Assembly: GCA_900617105.1 (NCBI GenBank)
Contig: UYFQ01000023.1
Location: 186,001 to 250,000, forward strand
Length of the DNA stretch: 64,000 nucleotides
From: Hydrurus foetidus
Lineage: Eukaryota
Reading direction: 5' to 3'
Shown here: one piece after another, positions 29,104-40,130 of the stretch
Position numbering within the stretch: the first letter of the stretch is position 1
How the letters are laid out: each line of letters opens with the position of its first letter
Notes under the pieces: model-generated
Database searches by the model: none
What the model saw: the letters and a program-made list of their open reading frames with translations, nothing else
Told to the model about the DNA's origin: nothing
Made by a program: the position numbers and the translations under genes

Positions 29104-30621
29104 CTAATATTCAGGCAGCCCAAGCCGGGCGTACAGCGTTGCCCGCGAGATACCTAATCGCTTGGCCGTCGCCCATTTGTTCCCGTTGCTGGCCTGCATC
29201 GCCGCCTGGATGGCTTGGCGCTCAAGCTCGGCGACCTGGACGGCCAAAGGGCGCAGCAGTGCGGTGTTGGGGGATGCGTTGTCCGTGGGCGTTGGTGCAA
29301 GCGCGGCCACTTGCACGGGGATTTGCGCCACCCCTGCGTCTTTCAGCACCTGGGCCACCACGTCGGCATCAATGGAGGCGCTGTCGCTGCGCATGGCGGC
29401 TTGCTCCAGGACGTTGCGCAGCTCGCGGATGTTGCCGCGCCATGCCTGAGCGCACAGCACGTCCAGGGCGGCGCGGCTGAGTTCGGGGGCTGGGGCATCG
29501 GAATGCAGGGCCACGTCTTCGGCCAGCACTTCGAGCAAGGCGGGGATGTCGAGGCGGCGTTCGCGCAGGGGCGGGACGCGGATGGGCAGCACGTTGAGGC
29601 GGTAGAACAAGTCCTCACGGAAGGCGCCGGTGCGCACCAGTGCAGCCAAATCCCGCGAGGTAGCGGCGATGATGCGGACATCGAATGAGATGATTTTGTT
29701 CGACCCCAGCGGCTCGATTTCGCTCTCTTGCAGCGCCCGCAAGAGCTTGGACTGGAGGGCCAGGGGCATGTCACCGATTTCATCTAAAAACAGCGTGCCA
29801 CCGTCGGCGATCACGAACTTGCCGTCGCGGGCTTTGCGGTCTGCGCCGGTGTAGGCACCGGGTGCTACGCCGAAGAATTCCGCTTCCAGCAGGGTATCGG
29901 GCACGGCGGCGATGTTGACGCTGACAAAAGGCTTGTCCACCCGCGCTGATGCGGCATGGATGGCGTGGGCCAGCAGCTCTTTGCCCGTGCCCGTCTCGCC
30001 CAGCAGCAGCACCGGGCTGTTGGATTGCGAGGCCCGGCGTGCCTGGCGCTTGACCTCCACAGCGGCCTCGCTGGCCCCGACAAAGCTGGCAAAGGTGTAT
30101 TTGCTGCGCCGTGCGCCGCTGTGCTTTTGCCCGGCCAGCTCGCGCACCAATTCGCGCTTGAGGGCTTGCTGGCTTTGCCGGGCTTCGTCCAGATCGCGTT
30201 GCAGATGGGCAAACTTGCTGATGAGAGGCTGCAAGGTGGTTTCGGGGTGGTCAAACAGAACGATGCCCAAGACACCGATCACGCCGCCTTTGTCGTCCCG
30301 CAAAGGGATACGGCTGACCACAAAGGTGCCGGCACGGTTGGAGAGCAGGTCAATCAGAATGGGTTTGCCCGTCAGCAGCACTTGGTGCATTTGGGTGTTT
30401 TGAACGACTTCATCGACTTGGTGGCCCACGAAGTCACTCTCTTGCTCGAAGCCCAAGGCCGGGAGGAAGCGGCGGTACTGGTCGTTGATCCACACCACCC
30501 GCCCACTGCGGTCTACCAGCATCATGCCTTCGCTGGCACTGGCGAACAGATCAAACATGGAACGGGCGGCCAGCTCCAAAATGCTTTGGGCATCGCGAGG
30601 AAGTTCAGGGGAGGAATTCAT
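29104..30621 (-). CDS. PAS-domain sigma-54-dependent transcriptional activator
   Basis: GETGTGKE, GAYTGA, LFLDEIG, FREDLFYRLNV, Fis-type HTH. Confidence 0.93.
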   Translation of the reverse strand: MNSSPELPRDAQSILELAARSMFDLFASASEGMMLVDRSGRVVWINDQYRRFLPALGFEQESDFVGHQVDEVVQNTQMHQVLLTGKPILIDLLSNRAGTFVVSRIPLRDDKGGVIGVLGIVLFDHPETTLQPLISKFAHLQRDLDEARQSQQALKRELVRELAGQKHSGARRSKYTFASFVGASEAAVEVKRQARRASQSNSPVLLLGETGTGKELLAHAIHAASARVDKPFVSVNIAAVPDTLLEAEFFGVAPGAYTGADRKARDGKFVIADGGTLFLDEIGDMPLALQSKLLRALQESEIEPLGSNKIISFDVRIIAATSRDLAALVRTGAFREDLFYRLNVLPIRVPPLRERRLDIPALLEVLAEDVALHSDAPAPELSRAALDVLCAQAWRGNIRELRNVLEQAAMRSDSASIDADVVAQVLKDAGVAQIPVQVAALAPTPTDNASPNTALLRPLAVQVAELERQAIQAAMQASNGNKWATAKRLGISRATLYARLGLPEY

Positions 30622-30715
30622 CGGTGGATGGTACTTTGCCGCCGCGACATGCCCCAAGTTTGGGCATACTGAGCCACCTTGAAACCCCATTGAAATACAA
30701 CGGACAGACACTCGA

Positions 30716-31147
30716 ATGACGCTTGAAAAAATACGCATCGACAAATGGCTTTGGGCTGCCCGGTTTTACAAAACCCGCAGCTTGGCGACGGATGAGGTCA
30801 ACAAAGGCCGCGTTCACCTCAACGGGCAAGACGCCAAGCCCTCGCGGGAAGTGAAGGTGGGCGATGTGATTGCGCTGCGTGGCCGTGAGCTGGGTAAAAC
30901 AGTCACCGTGCTGGGTGTCAGCGGTGCGCGTGGCCCGGCGCCTGTGGCGCAACTGCTTTACGAAGAAACCGCAGAAAGCATTCAAGCCCGTCTGGCCGCC
31001 ATCGAGCAACGCCGTATCGCACCCGAACCCGCCCACGCCATCACCCAGGGCCGCCCCAGCAAGCGCGACCGTCGGCAGCTGGAGGACAACCAAAACAACG
31101 CCAGCCACGACTGGAACGACCGCTGGAGCGCGTCAGTTGACGACTGA
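30716..31147 (+). CDS. hslR: Ribosome-associated heat shock protein Hsp15 (S4 domain)
   Basis: RIDKWLWAARFYKTRSLA, GRPSKRDRR. Confidence 0.92.
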   Translation: MTLEKIRIDKWLWAARFYKTRSLATDEVNKGRVHLNGQDAKPSREVKVGDVIALRGRELGKTVTVLGVSGARGPAPVAQLLYEETAESIQARLAAIEQRRIAPEPAHAITQGRPSKRDRRQLEDNQNNASHDWNDRWSASVDD

Positions 31148-31211
31148 GCGGGTGAAAACTTTGGCGATCAAGCCAAAACACGCCCGAGTTCATGCCATAA
31201 TCCGTCTCGTT

Positions 31212-31304
31212 GGAGCGATGACCGAGTGGCCGAAGGTGCTCCCCTGCTAAGGGAGTATGGGGTGTAGAGCCTCATCGAGGGTTCGAATCCCTCTTGCTCC
31301 GCCA
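31212..31304 (+). tRNA. tRNA-Ser(GCT)
   Basis: GGAGCGA acceptor arm, CTCCC-CT-GCT-AA-GGGAG anticodon arm, long variable arm, GGTTCGAATCC, 3' GCCA. Confidence 0.96.
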
Positions 31305-31312
31305 AGAAATTG

Positions 31313-31345
31313 AAACCCCCAAGATGAAAGTCTTGGGGGTTTTTC
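31313..31345 (+). terminator. Rho-independent terminator after the tRNA
   Basis: AAACCCCCAAGAT-GAAA-GTCTTGGGGGTTTTT. Confidence 0.85.
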
Positions 31346-31548
31346 TTTTTGTCAACTGAATTGGCTTTAGATTTTTTCACGGTACCCAGGGTTTTCCTGA
31401 GCATATTTCAAGCATGCAGCAATTCAATATTTGCTTGTGCTTGTTACGATCAGAGGCTGTAACTTTTCATACGATTTCAACACACAGGCACTGCAAAAAG
31501 CGGCTGCCAGTGGCTTATTCAATCAACCTTACCAAGGTGGAGACTATT

Positions 31549-32088
31549 TTGACTGGACTTCTAAAATTTGCGCTTGGCGTGGACTGGGTTAACGAGCGTT
31601 TCAGTAAGCTCGCGAGCTGGGCTGTTTTGTTGGCTGCCATGATTTGCGCTGGCAATGCCTTTATTCGCTACGGCGTGGACTGGAGTTCCAACGGTCTGCT
31701 TGAAATCCAGTGGTACATGTTCGCCATCACGGTGATGCTGGGCGCACCTTATGTGCTGAAAGTCAATGAGCATGTGCGGGTTGATTTGATCTACGGAAAA
31801 CTCAAAGGCAATGGTGCCGTTTATGTGGACATCTTTGGCATCCTTGTTTTCTTGCTGCCAGTCATTGGCTTGCTGGCTTGGCTTTCATGGCCTTATTTTC
31901 TGAAAGTTTTCCTCACTGGAGAAATGAGCCAAAACGCAGGTGGTCTGATCCGTTGGCCCGCAGTGCTAACACTTCCCTTAGGCTTTGCCATGATGTGGAT
32001 GCAAGGTTGGTCGGAATTGATAAAGCGTGTGGCCTATTTACGAGGCAGCTATCAGATGGACACCCATTATGAAAAGCCTTTGCAGTGA
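31549..32088 (+). CDS. TRAP transporter small permease (DctQ)
   Basis: TTG start after GGAG; EIQWY, EHVRVD; four TM segments. Confidence 0.85.
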   Translation: MTGLLKFALGVDWVNERFSKLASWAVLLAAMICAGNAFIRYGVDWSSNGLLEIQWYMFAITVMLGAPYVLKVNEHVRVDLIYGKLKGNGAVYVDIFGILVFLLPVIGLLAWLSWPYFLKVFLTGEMSQNAGGLIRWPAVLTLPLGFAMMWMQGWSELIKRVAYLRGSYQMDTHYEKPLQ

Positions 32089-32137
32089 ACGCGCTGCAAG
32101 CAACAAAAACAACAACAAGACTTTTTAGGAATTCAAA

Positions 32138-33646
32138 ATGCTGATGGAAAATTTTGCACCCGTCATGTTCGCGGGGCTGGTGGTGGTCATGTTGATCGGC
32201 TTCCCTGTGGCCTTCTCTTTGGCGGCACTGGGCTTAGGTAGCGGGCTTTACGCCATTCAAATGGGCTGGTTCCCTGCTGCGTTCATGGGTAATTTACCCA
32301 TCTCGCTGTTCTCTATTTTGAGCAACGATTTGCTGCTGGCCATTCCGTTCTTTACCTTCATGGGAACGATTTTGGAAAAATGCGGTTTGGCAGAGGAAAT
32401 GCTGGACTCTATGGGTCAACTGTTTGGCCCCCTCCGCGGTGGCTTAGGCTATTCGGTCATCATCGTTGGTTTCATTTTGGGTGCAATCACCGGTACGGTC
32501 GCAGGCCAAGTGATTGCCATGGCGTTGATCTCGCTGCCTGTGATGATGCGCTATGGGTACAACATGCGCTACGCCACAGGCGTGTTGGCGGCATCAGGCA
32601 CGATCACGCAGTTGGTGCCGCCTTCTTTGGTGCTGGTGGTGCTGGCCGATCAATTGGGCAGACCCGTGGGCGATATGTACAAAGGCGCTTGGGGCCCGTC
32701 GCTGATTCAAATTGCCTTGTTCGCGCTCTATACCTTTGCCTTGAGCCGCATCAAACCCGATTATTTGCCCGGTGTTCCCAAAGAAGCACGCACGCTGAAC
32801 GGCTGGGCGCTGTGGGCTAAATGCTTGAAAGGCATCATCCCCTCGATGGCACTGATTTTCACCGTGCTCGGCTCTATGGGTGGCCTGCCCTTCCAAAGCC
32901 ATGCCATTGCCACACCGACCGAAGCAGGCGCTATGGGCGTGGTAGGTGCGATGATTTTGGCGGCCATGAACCGCCGCCTGACTTGGGCTTTGATGTGGGA
33001 AGCCATGCAAGGCACCATGCGCCTGACAGCCATGGTGGTGTTCATCTTGATCGGTTCCCGCGTGTTCAGCCAAGTGTTCCAGGGTGTGGACGGTGCGAAA
33101 TGGGTTGAGCATTTGCTGACCGGCCTGCCCGGCGGGCAAACGGGCTTCTTGATCGTGGTGAACGTGTTTGTGTTCTTCTTGGCTTTCTTTTTGGACTTCT
33201 TTGAGATCGCCTTCATCATCGTGCCCATGCTGGCCCCTGCTGCCGACAAACTCGGCATCAACCTGATTTGGTTTGGCGTGCTGCTGTGCGTGAACCTGCA
33301 AACCAGCTTCATGCATCCGCCGTTTGGTTTCGCGCTGTTCTATTTGCGCGGTATTGCAGATACGCTGTTCAAGGACAAACGCATCCCCGTGCCCGTGAAG
33401 TCGAACGACATCTACCTAGGCTCCATCCCCTGGGTCATCATGCAGATCATGCTGGTGGTGATTGTGATTTTTGTGCCGCAAACGGTGACGGCGTTTTTGG
33501 ACAAAGAAGTGGTGGTTGATCTGGACAAAGTCGTCATTGAACGCCCTGTAGAAGATGCCTCTGCAACACCTAGTAGCGCAGAGGACGAGCGCAAAAAAAT
33601 GGACGATCTGTTCAACGATGCGGCAAAAAAAGACGCGGTGAAGTGA
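32138..33646 (+). CDS. TRAP transporter large permease (DctM)
   Basis: GFPVAF, LLAIPFF, ATPTEA, SFMHPPFG. Confidence 0.92.
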   Translation: MLMENFAPVMFAGLVVVMLIGFPVAFSLAALGLGSGLYAIQMGWFPAAFMGNLPISLFSILSNDLLLAIPFFTFMGTILEKCGLAEEMLDSMGQLFGPLRGGLGYSVIIVGFILGAITGTVAGQVIAMALISLPVMMRYGYNMRYATGVLAASGTITQLVPPSLVLVVLADQLGRPVGDMYKGAWGPSLIQIALFALYTFALSRIKPDYLPGVPKEARTLNGWALWAKCLKGIIPSMALIFTVLGSMGGLPFQSHAIATPTEAGAMGVVGAMILAAMNRRLTWALMWEAMQGTMRLTAMVVFILIGSRVFSQVFQGVDGAKWVEHLLTGLPGGQTGFLIVVNVFVFFLAFFLDFFEIAFIIVPMLAPAADKLGINLIWFGVLLCVNLQTSFMHPPFGFALFYLRGIADTLFKDKRIPVPVKSNDIYLGSIPWVIMQIMLVVIVIFVPQTVTAFLDKEVVVDLDKVVIERPVEDASATPSSAEDERKKMDDLFNDAAKKDAVK

Positions 33647-34191
33647 ACGAGCCCTTACCCCCGCTGCCCTCATTGGCACCCGCATCAACACCTGTAACGG
33701 CAATACCAGCAGCACCCTTTGATTTCCCGGGCTTGCGCTTTGAACCCCAACCCGGAAACTTAACCGGCGCAGCCTTTGGCCCGGTTTTCAAAAGCATAGC
33801 TTTGTTCACCGTCGCAGGTTGCTGCGGCTGGTTAACGCTGCTGTCTGCTCGCGATCAAATCGTGATTGGTGGTTCCACCACCAGCTGGATTTTTTTAGCG
33901 GGGGGCTTGGGCATCATGCTCTACACCCTGTGGCATATCTGGTTCAGCCAAACCCGCCTTTCAACCGATTTTCTGTCGCAAACATGGATGTGGCACCGGC
34001 AGGTGAAGGTACGTGAACTGGCTTATGCCAAATTGATTCGTATTCGGGGCCTGGAATGGTTGATTGCACCTCGCCTGTACACCCGTAGCATCACGGGTAA
34101 GTTGACAGTCTTCTACATGGCAGACCCCACGCTGTGGCGAGAGAGCGAACGGCTTGCAACGGCACTGACAGACCTGCGCAAGCCCACATAA
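33643..34191 (+). CDS. Hypothetical membrane protein
   Basis: GTGA overlap with dctM; two TM segments. Confidence 0.7.
   Translation: MNEPLPPLPSLAPASTPVTAIPAAPFDFPGLRFEPQPGNLTGAAFGPVFKSIALFTVAGCCGWLTLLSARDQIVIGGSTTSWIFLAGGLGIMLYTLWHIWFSQTRLSTDFLSQTWMWHRQVKVRELAYAKLIRIRGLEWLIAPRLYTRSITGKLTVFYMADPTLWRESERLATALTDLRKPT
33784..33845 (+). repeat. Dispersed 62-bp motif, degenerate copy within a CDS
   Basis: GTTTTCAAAAGCATAGC-TTTGTTC-AC-CGTCGCAGGT-TGC. Confidence 0.5.
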
Positions 34192-34196
34192 ATCGA

Positions 34197-34232
34197 CGTA
34201 AAAATGCCCGGACAAGCCGGGCATTTTTACGT
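34197..34232. terminator. Bidirectional terminator between convergent genes
   Basis: CGTAAAAATGCCCGG-ACAAG-CCGGGCATTTTTACG. Confidence 0.85.
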
Positions 34233-34261
34233 TGCAGCTTACGCTGACCTAAACCATGAGT

Positions 34262-35341
34262 TTACAGCTTCTGGGCTTGCATGAAGTCGTCAAATCCAGC
34301 TTCGGCAAAGCGGAACCAAAGATTTTGATCCGCACGGAATTTCGAATAATCAGCGTAAATTTTCTTCCAGCTTGGATTTTTACCGTTGAGTTCTTCGTAA
34401 AGCGCCATCGATTCTTTAAATGCCAACTCCATGACATCCTTAGGGAAGCGGTGGAGTTTGGTGCCAGAACCGACCAACTGCTTCAGTGCAGCAGGATTAC
34501 GCCCGTCATATTTAGCTTGCATGTCCACGTGCGCCAAAGCAGCAGCAGCTTCGATGATGGCTTTGTACTCAGGTGTCAGTGCATTAAACGCTTTGTCATT
34601 GATAAAGAAATCCAACTGAGGGCCACCCTCCCACCAGCCTGGGTAGTAGTAATTAGGTGCCACTTTGTTAAAGCCCAACTTTTGATCGTCGTAAGGGCCA
34701 ACCCATTCCGCAGCATCAATCGTGCCTTTTTCCAAAGCAGAATAAATTTCACCGCCAGGAATATTTTGAGGCACGCCACCCATGCGCTCAAACACTCTGC
34801 CAGCAAAACCACCAATGCGCATCTTCAAGCCTTTGATATCGGCTGCGCCTTTGATTTCCTTGCGGTACCAGCCACCCATTTGGGCACCTGTGTTACCACC
34901 AGGGAAATTGATGATGTTGTACTTGGCATAAAACTCGCGCATCAGCTTGAGGCCGTTGCCTTCGTACATCCAAGCTGTCATCTGACGGCTGTTCAGACCA
35001 AACGGAATAGCGCAACCTAGCGCGAAACATTCATCTTTACCAAAGAAATAGTACGGTGCGGTATGGGCCATTTCAACTGAGCCCTGTTGCACGGCATCCA
35101 CCACGCCAAACGGAGGGGTGATCTCACCGCCAGCATGAATTGAGATTTCAAATTTGCCGCCAGACATTTTTTTGACGGCATTAGAAAATTCGTCAGCCGC
35201 GCCAAAAATAGTATCCAGCGCTTTAGGGAAGCTGGAAGACAGACGCCAGCGCACGGTAGCCTGGGCATGCACTGCAGGGGCAATACCCGCAGCTAAAACG
35301 CCAGCAATACCTGCGTTCTTAATGATTGATCGACGATCCAT
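34262..35341 (-). CDS. TRAP substrate-binding protein (DctP, TakP-like)
   Basis: Tat-like MDRRS leader, NTGAQMGGW, KMRIGG, EWVGPYDD, YYPGWWE. Confidence 0.92.
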   Translation of the reverse strand: MDRRSIIKNAGIAGVLAAGIAPAVHAQATVRWRLSSSFPKALDTIFGAADEFSNAVKKMSGGKFEISIHAGGEITPPFGVVDAVQQGSVEMAHTAPYYFFGKDECFALGCAIPFGLNSRQMTAWMYEGNGLKLMREFYAKYNIINFPGGNTGAQMGGWYRKEIKGAADIKGLKMRIGGFAGRVFERMGGVPQNIPGGEIYSALEKGTIDAAEWVGPYDDQKLGFNKVAPNYYYPGWWEGGPQLDFFINDKAFNALTPEYKAIIEAAAALAHVDMQAKYDGRNPAALKQLVGSGTKLHRFPKDVMELAFKESMALYEELNGKNPSWKKIYADYSKFRADQNLWFRFAEAGFDDFMQAQKL

Positions 35342-35556
35342 TGGGGTTCACTCCGGGTGGTTTAACAAAAGCCCTGCAGTGCGGTTGTGCCGCTAGCAAG
35401 ACCAGCGATTCTAGGCAGTCAGTGGGCTGCTTTTCGCCGGGGTTTACCCTTTTCAGCAGCGATTGCCGTGCATCCATGCGGTGAAAGGGACTTGACTGAC
35501 ACCAAGCTGACACAACAGTGCAGCGAGCCAGGCGCGGGTGCATTCAAATTGATCGC

Positions 35557-37464
35557 CTACGCTACAAATTTAAGAGCAGGTACAGCATCACTGATGTGCG
35601 CTGAGAAGCATTTTCGAATTGATTTAGCAATACCTACAGCGTCCAGCCCTTGCAAAACCATCAGCCGGGCAGGATCGCCATGCTCAATGAATTCATCCGC
35701 CAAGCCGAGCACCAACAAAGGTTTCTGCACACCTGCAGCAGCCAAGGATTCTGCAACGGCGCTGCCAGCACCACCCATCACAGTACCCTCCTCCAGCGTG
35801 ACCAAGGCACTGTGGTCGGATGCGACTTGAAGCAACAAGGCCAAGTCCAGCGGCTTGGCCCAGCGCATGTTCACCACGGTGGCATTCAACTGCTCAGCCG
35901 CGTCCAAGGCGGGGTAGAGCAGCGTGCCAAAAGCCAAAATCGCCACCCCGCTTCCACGACGGCATATTTCACCCTTACCGAAAGGCAAAGCCTCCAAGCT
36001 GGAGGTGGTTGCCACGCCCGCACCAGCCCCACGCGGATAGCGTACCGCCACCGGGTGGTTTTGGGCATAAGCACTGCTCAGCAACTGGCGGCATTCCTGC
36101 TCGTCAGCGGGGCAGGCGATGCTCATATTGGGAATGCAGCGCAAAAATGCAATGTCATAAGCACCTGCATGTGTGGCCCCATCCGCGCCCACCAAACCCG
36201 CACGGTCAAGGGCAAACACCACGGGCAGATTTTGGATCGCCACGTCGTGGATCAACTGGTCATACGCCCGCTGCAAGAACGTGGAGTAAATCGCCACCAC
36301 CGGCTTCAAACCTTCACAGGCCAAGCCCGCCGCAAAGGTCACGGCGTGCTGCTCGGCGATGCCCACGTCAAAGTAACGACTGGGGAAGCGTTTTTCGAAC
36401 TCAACCATGCCAGAGCCTTCGCGCATCGCCGGGGTGATGCCCACCAAGCGCGAATCGTGCGCTGCCATGTCGCACAGCCATTGGCCGAACACCTGCGTGA
36501 ACGTGGCTTTGGCAGGTGCGGCGGCCTTCAGCAACCCGACCGCCGGGTCGAACTTGCCAGGGCCGTGGTAGGCCACGGGGTCAGCCTCGGCCAACTTGTA
36601 GCCTTGGCCTTTCTTGGTGACAACATGCAAAAACTGCGGGCCGCTGCTGGTGGCCAGCAGGTGCTTGATGTTCTCTAGCGTGGGGATCAGCGATTCCAAA
36701 TCATGGCCGTCAATGGGGCCAATGTAGTTGAAGCCGAATTTTTCGAACAAAGTGGCAGGCACCACCATGCCTTTGGCGTGCTCTTCAAAGCGCTTGGCCA
36801 GCTCGAACAAGGGCGGCGCCACTTGCAGCACATGCTTGCCTACGTTTTTGGCGGCGGCGTAAAACTGCCCGCTCATCAGTTGGGCTAAATAGCGGTTCAA
36901 TGCGCCCACGGGCGGGCTGATGGACATGTCGTTGTCGTTCAAGACGACCAGCAGTTTGCCGCCTTCGTGCAACTGCACACCAGCGTTGTTCATCGCCTCA
37001 AAAGCCATGCCAGCGGTCATCGCACCGTCACCAATCACGGCGATGGCGTGGCGGTTTTCGCCTTTGAGCTTGGCGGCCAACGCCATGCCCAAGGCGGCTG
37101 AAATGCTGGTGGACGAGTGCGCGGTGCCAAAGGTGTCGTACTCGCTTTCTTTGCGCTGGGGGAAGCCGCTCAGGCCGCCCAGTTGGCGCAAGGTGGGCAG
37201 GCGGTCACGGCGACCCGTCAAAATTTTGTGGGGGTAGGTTTGGTGGCCTACATCCCAGACGATGCGGTCGTTGGGCGTGTCAAACACGTAGTGCAAGGCG
37301 ACTGTCAGCTCGACGGTGCCCAGGTTGGAGCTGAGGTGCCCCCCGGTGGCGGCGACGTTGCTTAGCACGCAGGCACGCAGCTCGTCAGCCAATGTGCCCA
37401 ACTGGGCGCGGGGCAGGCGGCGCAGGTCAGCCGGGTCGTTCACGGTGTCAAGCAAGGTTGGCAT
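35557..37464 (-). CDS. dxs: 1-deoxy-D-xylulose-5-phosphate synthase
   Basis: [37 protein letters not shown]. Confidence 0.97.
   Translation of the reverse strand: MPTLLDTVNDPADLRRLPRAQLGTLADELRACVLSNVAATGGHLSSNLGTVELTVALHYVFDTPNDRIVWDVGHQTYPHKILTGRRDRLPTLRQLGGLSGFPQRKESEYDTFGTAHSSTSISAALGMALAAKLKGENRHAIAVIGDGAMTAGMAFEAMNNAGVQLHEGGKLLVVLNDNDMSISPPVGALNRYLAQLMSGQFYAAAKNVGKHVLQVAPPLFELAKRFEEHAKGMVVPATLFEKFGFNYIGPIDGHDLESLIPTLENIKHLLATSSGPQFLHVVTKKGQGYKLAEADPVAYHGPGKFDPAVGLLKAAAPAKATFTQVFGQWLCDMAAHDSRLVGITPAMREGSGMVEFEKRFPSRYFDVGIAEQHAVTFAAGLACEGLKPVVAIYSTFLQRAYDQLIHDVAIQNLPVVFALDRAGLVGADGATHAGAYDIAFLRCIPNMSIACPADEQECRQLLSSAYAQNHPVAVRYPRGAGAGVATTSSLEALPFGKGEICRRGSGVAILAFGTLLYPALDAAEQLNATVVNMRWAKPLDLALLLQVASDHSALVTLEEGTVMGGAGSAVAESLAAAGVQKPLLVLGLADEFIEHGDPARLMVLQGLDAVGIAKSIRKCFSAHISDAVPALKFVA
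35561..35622 (+). repeat. Dispersed 62-bp motif forming the dxs C-terminus
   Basis: GCTACAAATTTAAGAGC-AGGTACA-GC-ATCACTGATG-TGC...CATTTT. Confidence 0.7.
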
Positions 37465-37484
37465 TTTTTTGATCGTCCTCAATC

Positions 37485-38393
37485 TCAATTGTTCCGGCTC
37501 ACCACCATGTGCGCCAAAGCCCGCAGCGCCTGGGTGGCACGGGTGGGCAAACCGCTGCGCTCCAGGGCATTCAGCGCGTCACCGAGCAAGTCTTGGGCGT
37601 GCGCTTGCGCTGCCGCTAAACCCATCAGCGAGACGTAGGTGGGCTTGTCGTTGGCGGCGTCTTTACCGGCGGTTTTGCCCAAGGTAGCGGCATCGGCGGT
37701 CACGTCCAAAATGTCGTCTACCACTTGAAAAGCCAAGCCGATGGCAGCACCAAAATCGTTCAACGCTGTCATGGTCTGTGCATTGGCGGTGCCGCAAGCG
37801 GCCCCCATCATCACGCTGCCTTGCAGCAACGCGCCGGTTTTCAGGCAGTGCATGTGGCGCAGCTGGTCTTGCGTCAACTGCTGGCCGACGCTTGCCAAAT
37901 CAATGGCTTGCCCACCGGCCATGCCACGTTGGCCCGCAGCAACCGCTAACAAACGGCAGAGTTTGGCTTGAATACCAGCGGGCACGCTCGCATCGTCGGG
38001 TGTCAACAGCTCAAACGCCAGGGCTTGCAAAGCATCACCTGCCAACAGCGCTTGCGCTTCACCAAACGCGACATGAACCGTGGGCTTGCCCCGGCGCAAA
38101 ATGTCGTTGTCCATGCAAGGCATGTCGTCGTGAACCAAGGAATAAGCGTGGATCAACTCGGTGGCGCAGGCGGCACGCAGGGCGGCTTGGGTGTTGCCGT
38201 TCACGGCCTCGCTGGCTGCGGCGACCAAAAGAGGGCGTAAACGCTTGCCACCGTCCAGCACGGCGTAGCGCATGGCAGCACCCAAACCGGCGGGGGCATC
38301 GGCATGAACCCAGTCGCACAAGGCGTTTTCAACCGCTGACAAATGGGCGGCGCTCCAAGACCCGAGGTCAAAATTCGCAAGATCAGGCTTCAT
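37485..38393 (-). CDS. ispA: Farnesyl diphosphate synthase
   Basis: [29 protein letters not shown]; xseB-ispA-dxs synteny. Confidence 0.94.
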   Translation of the reverse strand: MKPDLANFDLGSWSAAHLSAVENALCDWVHADAPAGLGAAMRYAVLDGGKRLRPLLVAAASEAVNGNTQAALRAACATELIHAYSLVHDDMPCMDNDILRRGKPTVHVAFGEAQALLAGDALQALAFELLTPDDASVPAGIQAKLCRLLAVAAGQRGMAGGQAIDLASVGQQLTQDQLRHMHCLKTGALLQGSVMMGAACGTANAQTMTALNDFGAAIGLAFQVVDDILDVTADAATLGKTAGKDAANDKPTYVSLMGLAAAQAHAQDLLGDALNALERSGLPTRATQALRALAHMVVSRNN

Positions 38394-38614
38394 TCGGGCT
38401 TCCAGGGCTTGAGGGTGCCGTTATCGAGCACTTCGATTTGTTGCTCCACAGCAGTGAGTTGGTCGCGGCAATAGGCCAGCAGCACGGCACCACGCTGGTA
38501 GCCGCTGAGCACCTGGTCAAGCGGCATTTGGCCAGATTCCAAGGCGCTGACAAGGCGCTCCAGCTCTTGCAAAGCCTGTTCGTAGCTGGCGGGGGACGGT
38601 AGGGCCTGGGACAT
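38390..38614 (-). CDS. xseB: Exodeoxyribonuclease VII small subunit
   Basis: [18 protein letters not shown]; synteny. Confidence 0.93.
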   Translation of the reverse strand: MSQALPSPASYEQALQELERLVSALESGQMPLDQVLSGYQRGAVLLAYCRDQLTAVEQQIEVLDNGTLKPWKPE

Positions 38615-38874
38615 GAACGAAGGGGTCATTTCAAAAGCGGGATAAAAACAACGGCGCTGACATCACAGTGTCAAAGCAGGCGTTGCGGTGAGTAGGTCAT
38701 TTTAGGGGTATAGGCCAAGCCTGCCTATTGAAGGCCTCAGGGTACAATCAAAGGCTAATTTGCCCCGATTCGTTCGGTTTCTTTGTCGCCTCTTTGGCGT
38801 CACCCTCCCCCTCAATGCGTCTACTTCAGCGTCTATTTCATTGTTCAATTCGGGGAGCCAGGGTCAGGTAGCCC

Positions 38875-40035
38875 ATGTCTGATTTAAGTCTTCAATTGCA
38901 ACAGGCTCACTGCCAACTGCCCGTTTCCAGTTATTTTGATGAGGCGCTCTACTCGCGTGAGCTGGCGACCCTCTTCAAATCCGGCCCTCGCTATGTGGGC
39001 CATGAACTGGCTGTGCCCGAGATAGGCGACTACTGCACGCTCTCGCACGAGGGCGATGGCCGTGCTTTGGTGCGCACGCCGCAGGGCGTGGAGCTGATCT
39101 CCAACGTCTGCCGCCACCGCCAAGCCGTGATTTTGAAAGGGCGCGGCAAGCTACCGGCCTCCACAGAACAGATGAGCGGCAACATCGTCTGTCCGCTGCA
39201 CCGCTGGACTTACGACAGCCACGGCCAGTTGATTGGTGCGCCGCACTTCCCTAAAGACCCCTGCCTGAACCTCAACAACTACCCGCTGCAAGCGTGGAAC
39301 GGTCTGTTGTTTGAAGCAGGACTGCCAGGCCCCTCCGGTAGCCACCGCAACATCGCTGCCGAATTGGCCAACATCGGCCCCCGTGCTGACCTCGATTTCA
39401 CCGGCTACGCCCTCGACCGCGTGGAGCTGCACGAGTGCAACTACAACTGGAAGACCTTCATCGAGGTCTATTTAGAGGATTACCACGTCGGCCCCTTCCA
39501 CCCCGGCCTGGGCCAGTTTGTCAGCTGCGAAGAGCTGCAATGGCAGTTTGATGACCACTTCTCGGTGCAAACCGTGGGCATCAAAAAAGGCGAAGCCAAC
39601 CGTTTGGGCCGCGCCGGTAGCCCGGTGTACCAGCGTTGGCACGAAGCGCTCGCCAAATACAGCAACAACGTGGCCCCCAAGCACGGCGCGATTTGGCTCA
39701 CCTACTACCCGCACATCATGGTGGAGTGGTATCCGCATGTGCTGACCGTTTCTACCCTGCACCCCATCAGCCCGCAAAAGACGCTGAACAAAGTGGAGTT
39801 CTACTACCCTGAAGAGATCGTCGCCTTTGAGCGCGAATTCGTCGAGGCCCAGCAAGCCGCCTACATGGAAACCTGCATCGAAGACGACGAAATCGCCGAA
39901 CGCATGGATGCAGGCCGCAAAGCACTGCTCCAACGCGGCGACAACGAAGTCGGCCCCTACCAAAGCCCGATGGAAGACGGTATGCAGCATTTCCATGAGT
40001 GGTACCGCCAAGCGATGGGGTCTATCGAGTCCTGA
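38875..40035 (+). CDS. Rieske non-heme iron oxygenase alpha subunit
   Basis: CRHR...CPLH Rieske motif, NWK, EDYH...H iron site. Confidence 0.9.
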   Translation: MSDLSLQLQQAHCQLPVSSYFDEALYSRELATLFKSGPRYVGHELAVPEIGDYCTLSHEGDGRALVRTPQGVELISNVCRHRQAVILKGRGKLPASTEQMSGNIVCPLHRWTYDSHGQLIGAPHFPKDPCLNLNNYPLQAWNGLLFEAGLPGPSGSHRNIAAELANIGPRADLDFTGYALDRVELHECNYNWKTFIEVYLEDYHVGPFHPGLGQFVSCEELQWQFDDHFSVQTVGIKKGEANRLGRAGSPVYQRWHEALAKYSNNVAPKHGAIWLTYYPHIMVEWYPHVLTVSTLHPISPQKTLNKVEFYYPEEIVAFEREFVEAQQAAYMETCIEDDEIAERMDAGRKALLQRGDNEVGPYQSPMEDGMQHFHEWYRQAMGSIES

Positions 40036-40058
40036 TGCACGCCAGGAAGCTCCCAAAA

Positions 40059-40120
40059 GCTCCTGATTTGATAGCTTATCCAGCCCATCCAATAAGCTCA
40101 TAAGCCCATTTTTATCCTGT
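40059..40120 (+). repeat. Dispersed 62-bp motif, intergenic copy
   Basis: GCTCCTGATTTGATAGC-TTATCCA-GC-CCATCCAATA-AGC...CATTTTT. Confidence 0.75.
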
Positions 40121-40130
40121 AAATTACCCT

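Noticed and set aside
31212..31345. tRNA-Ser as an integration site for an island or prophage
   Set aside because: No integrase, no duplicated tRNA 3' end seen, and a terminator plus host-like genes follow
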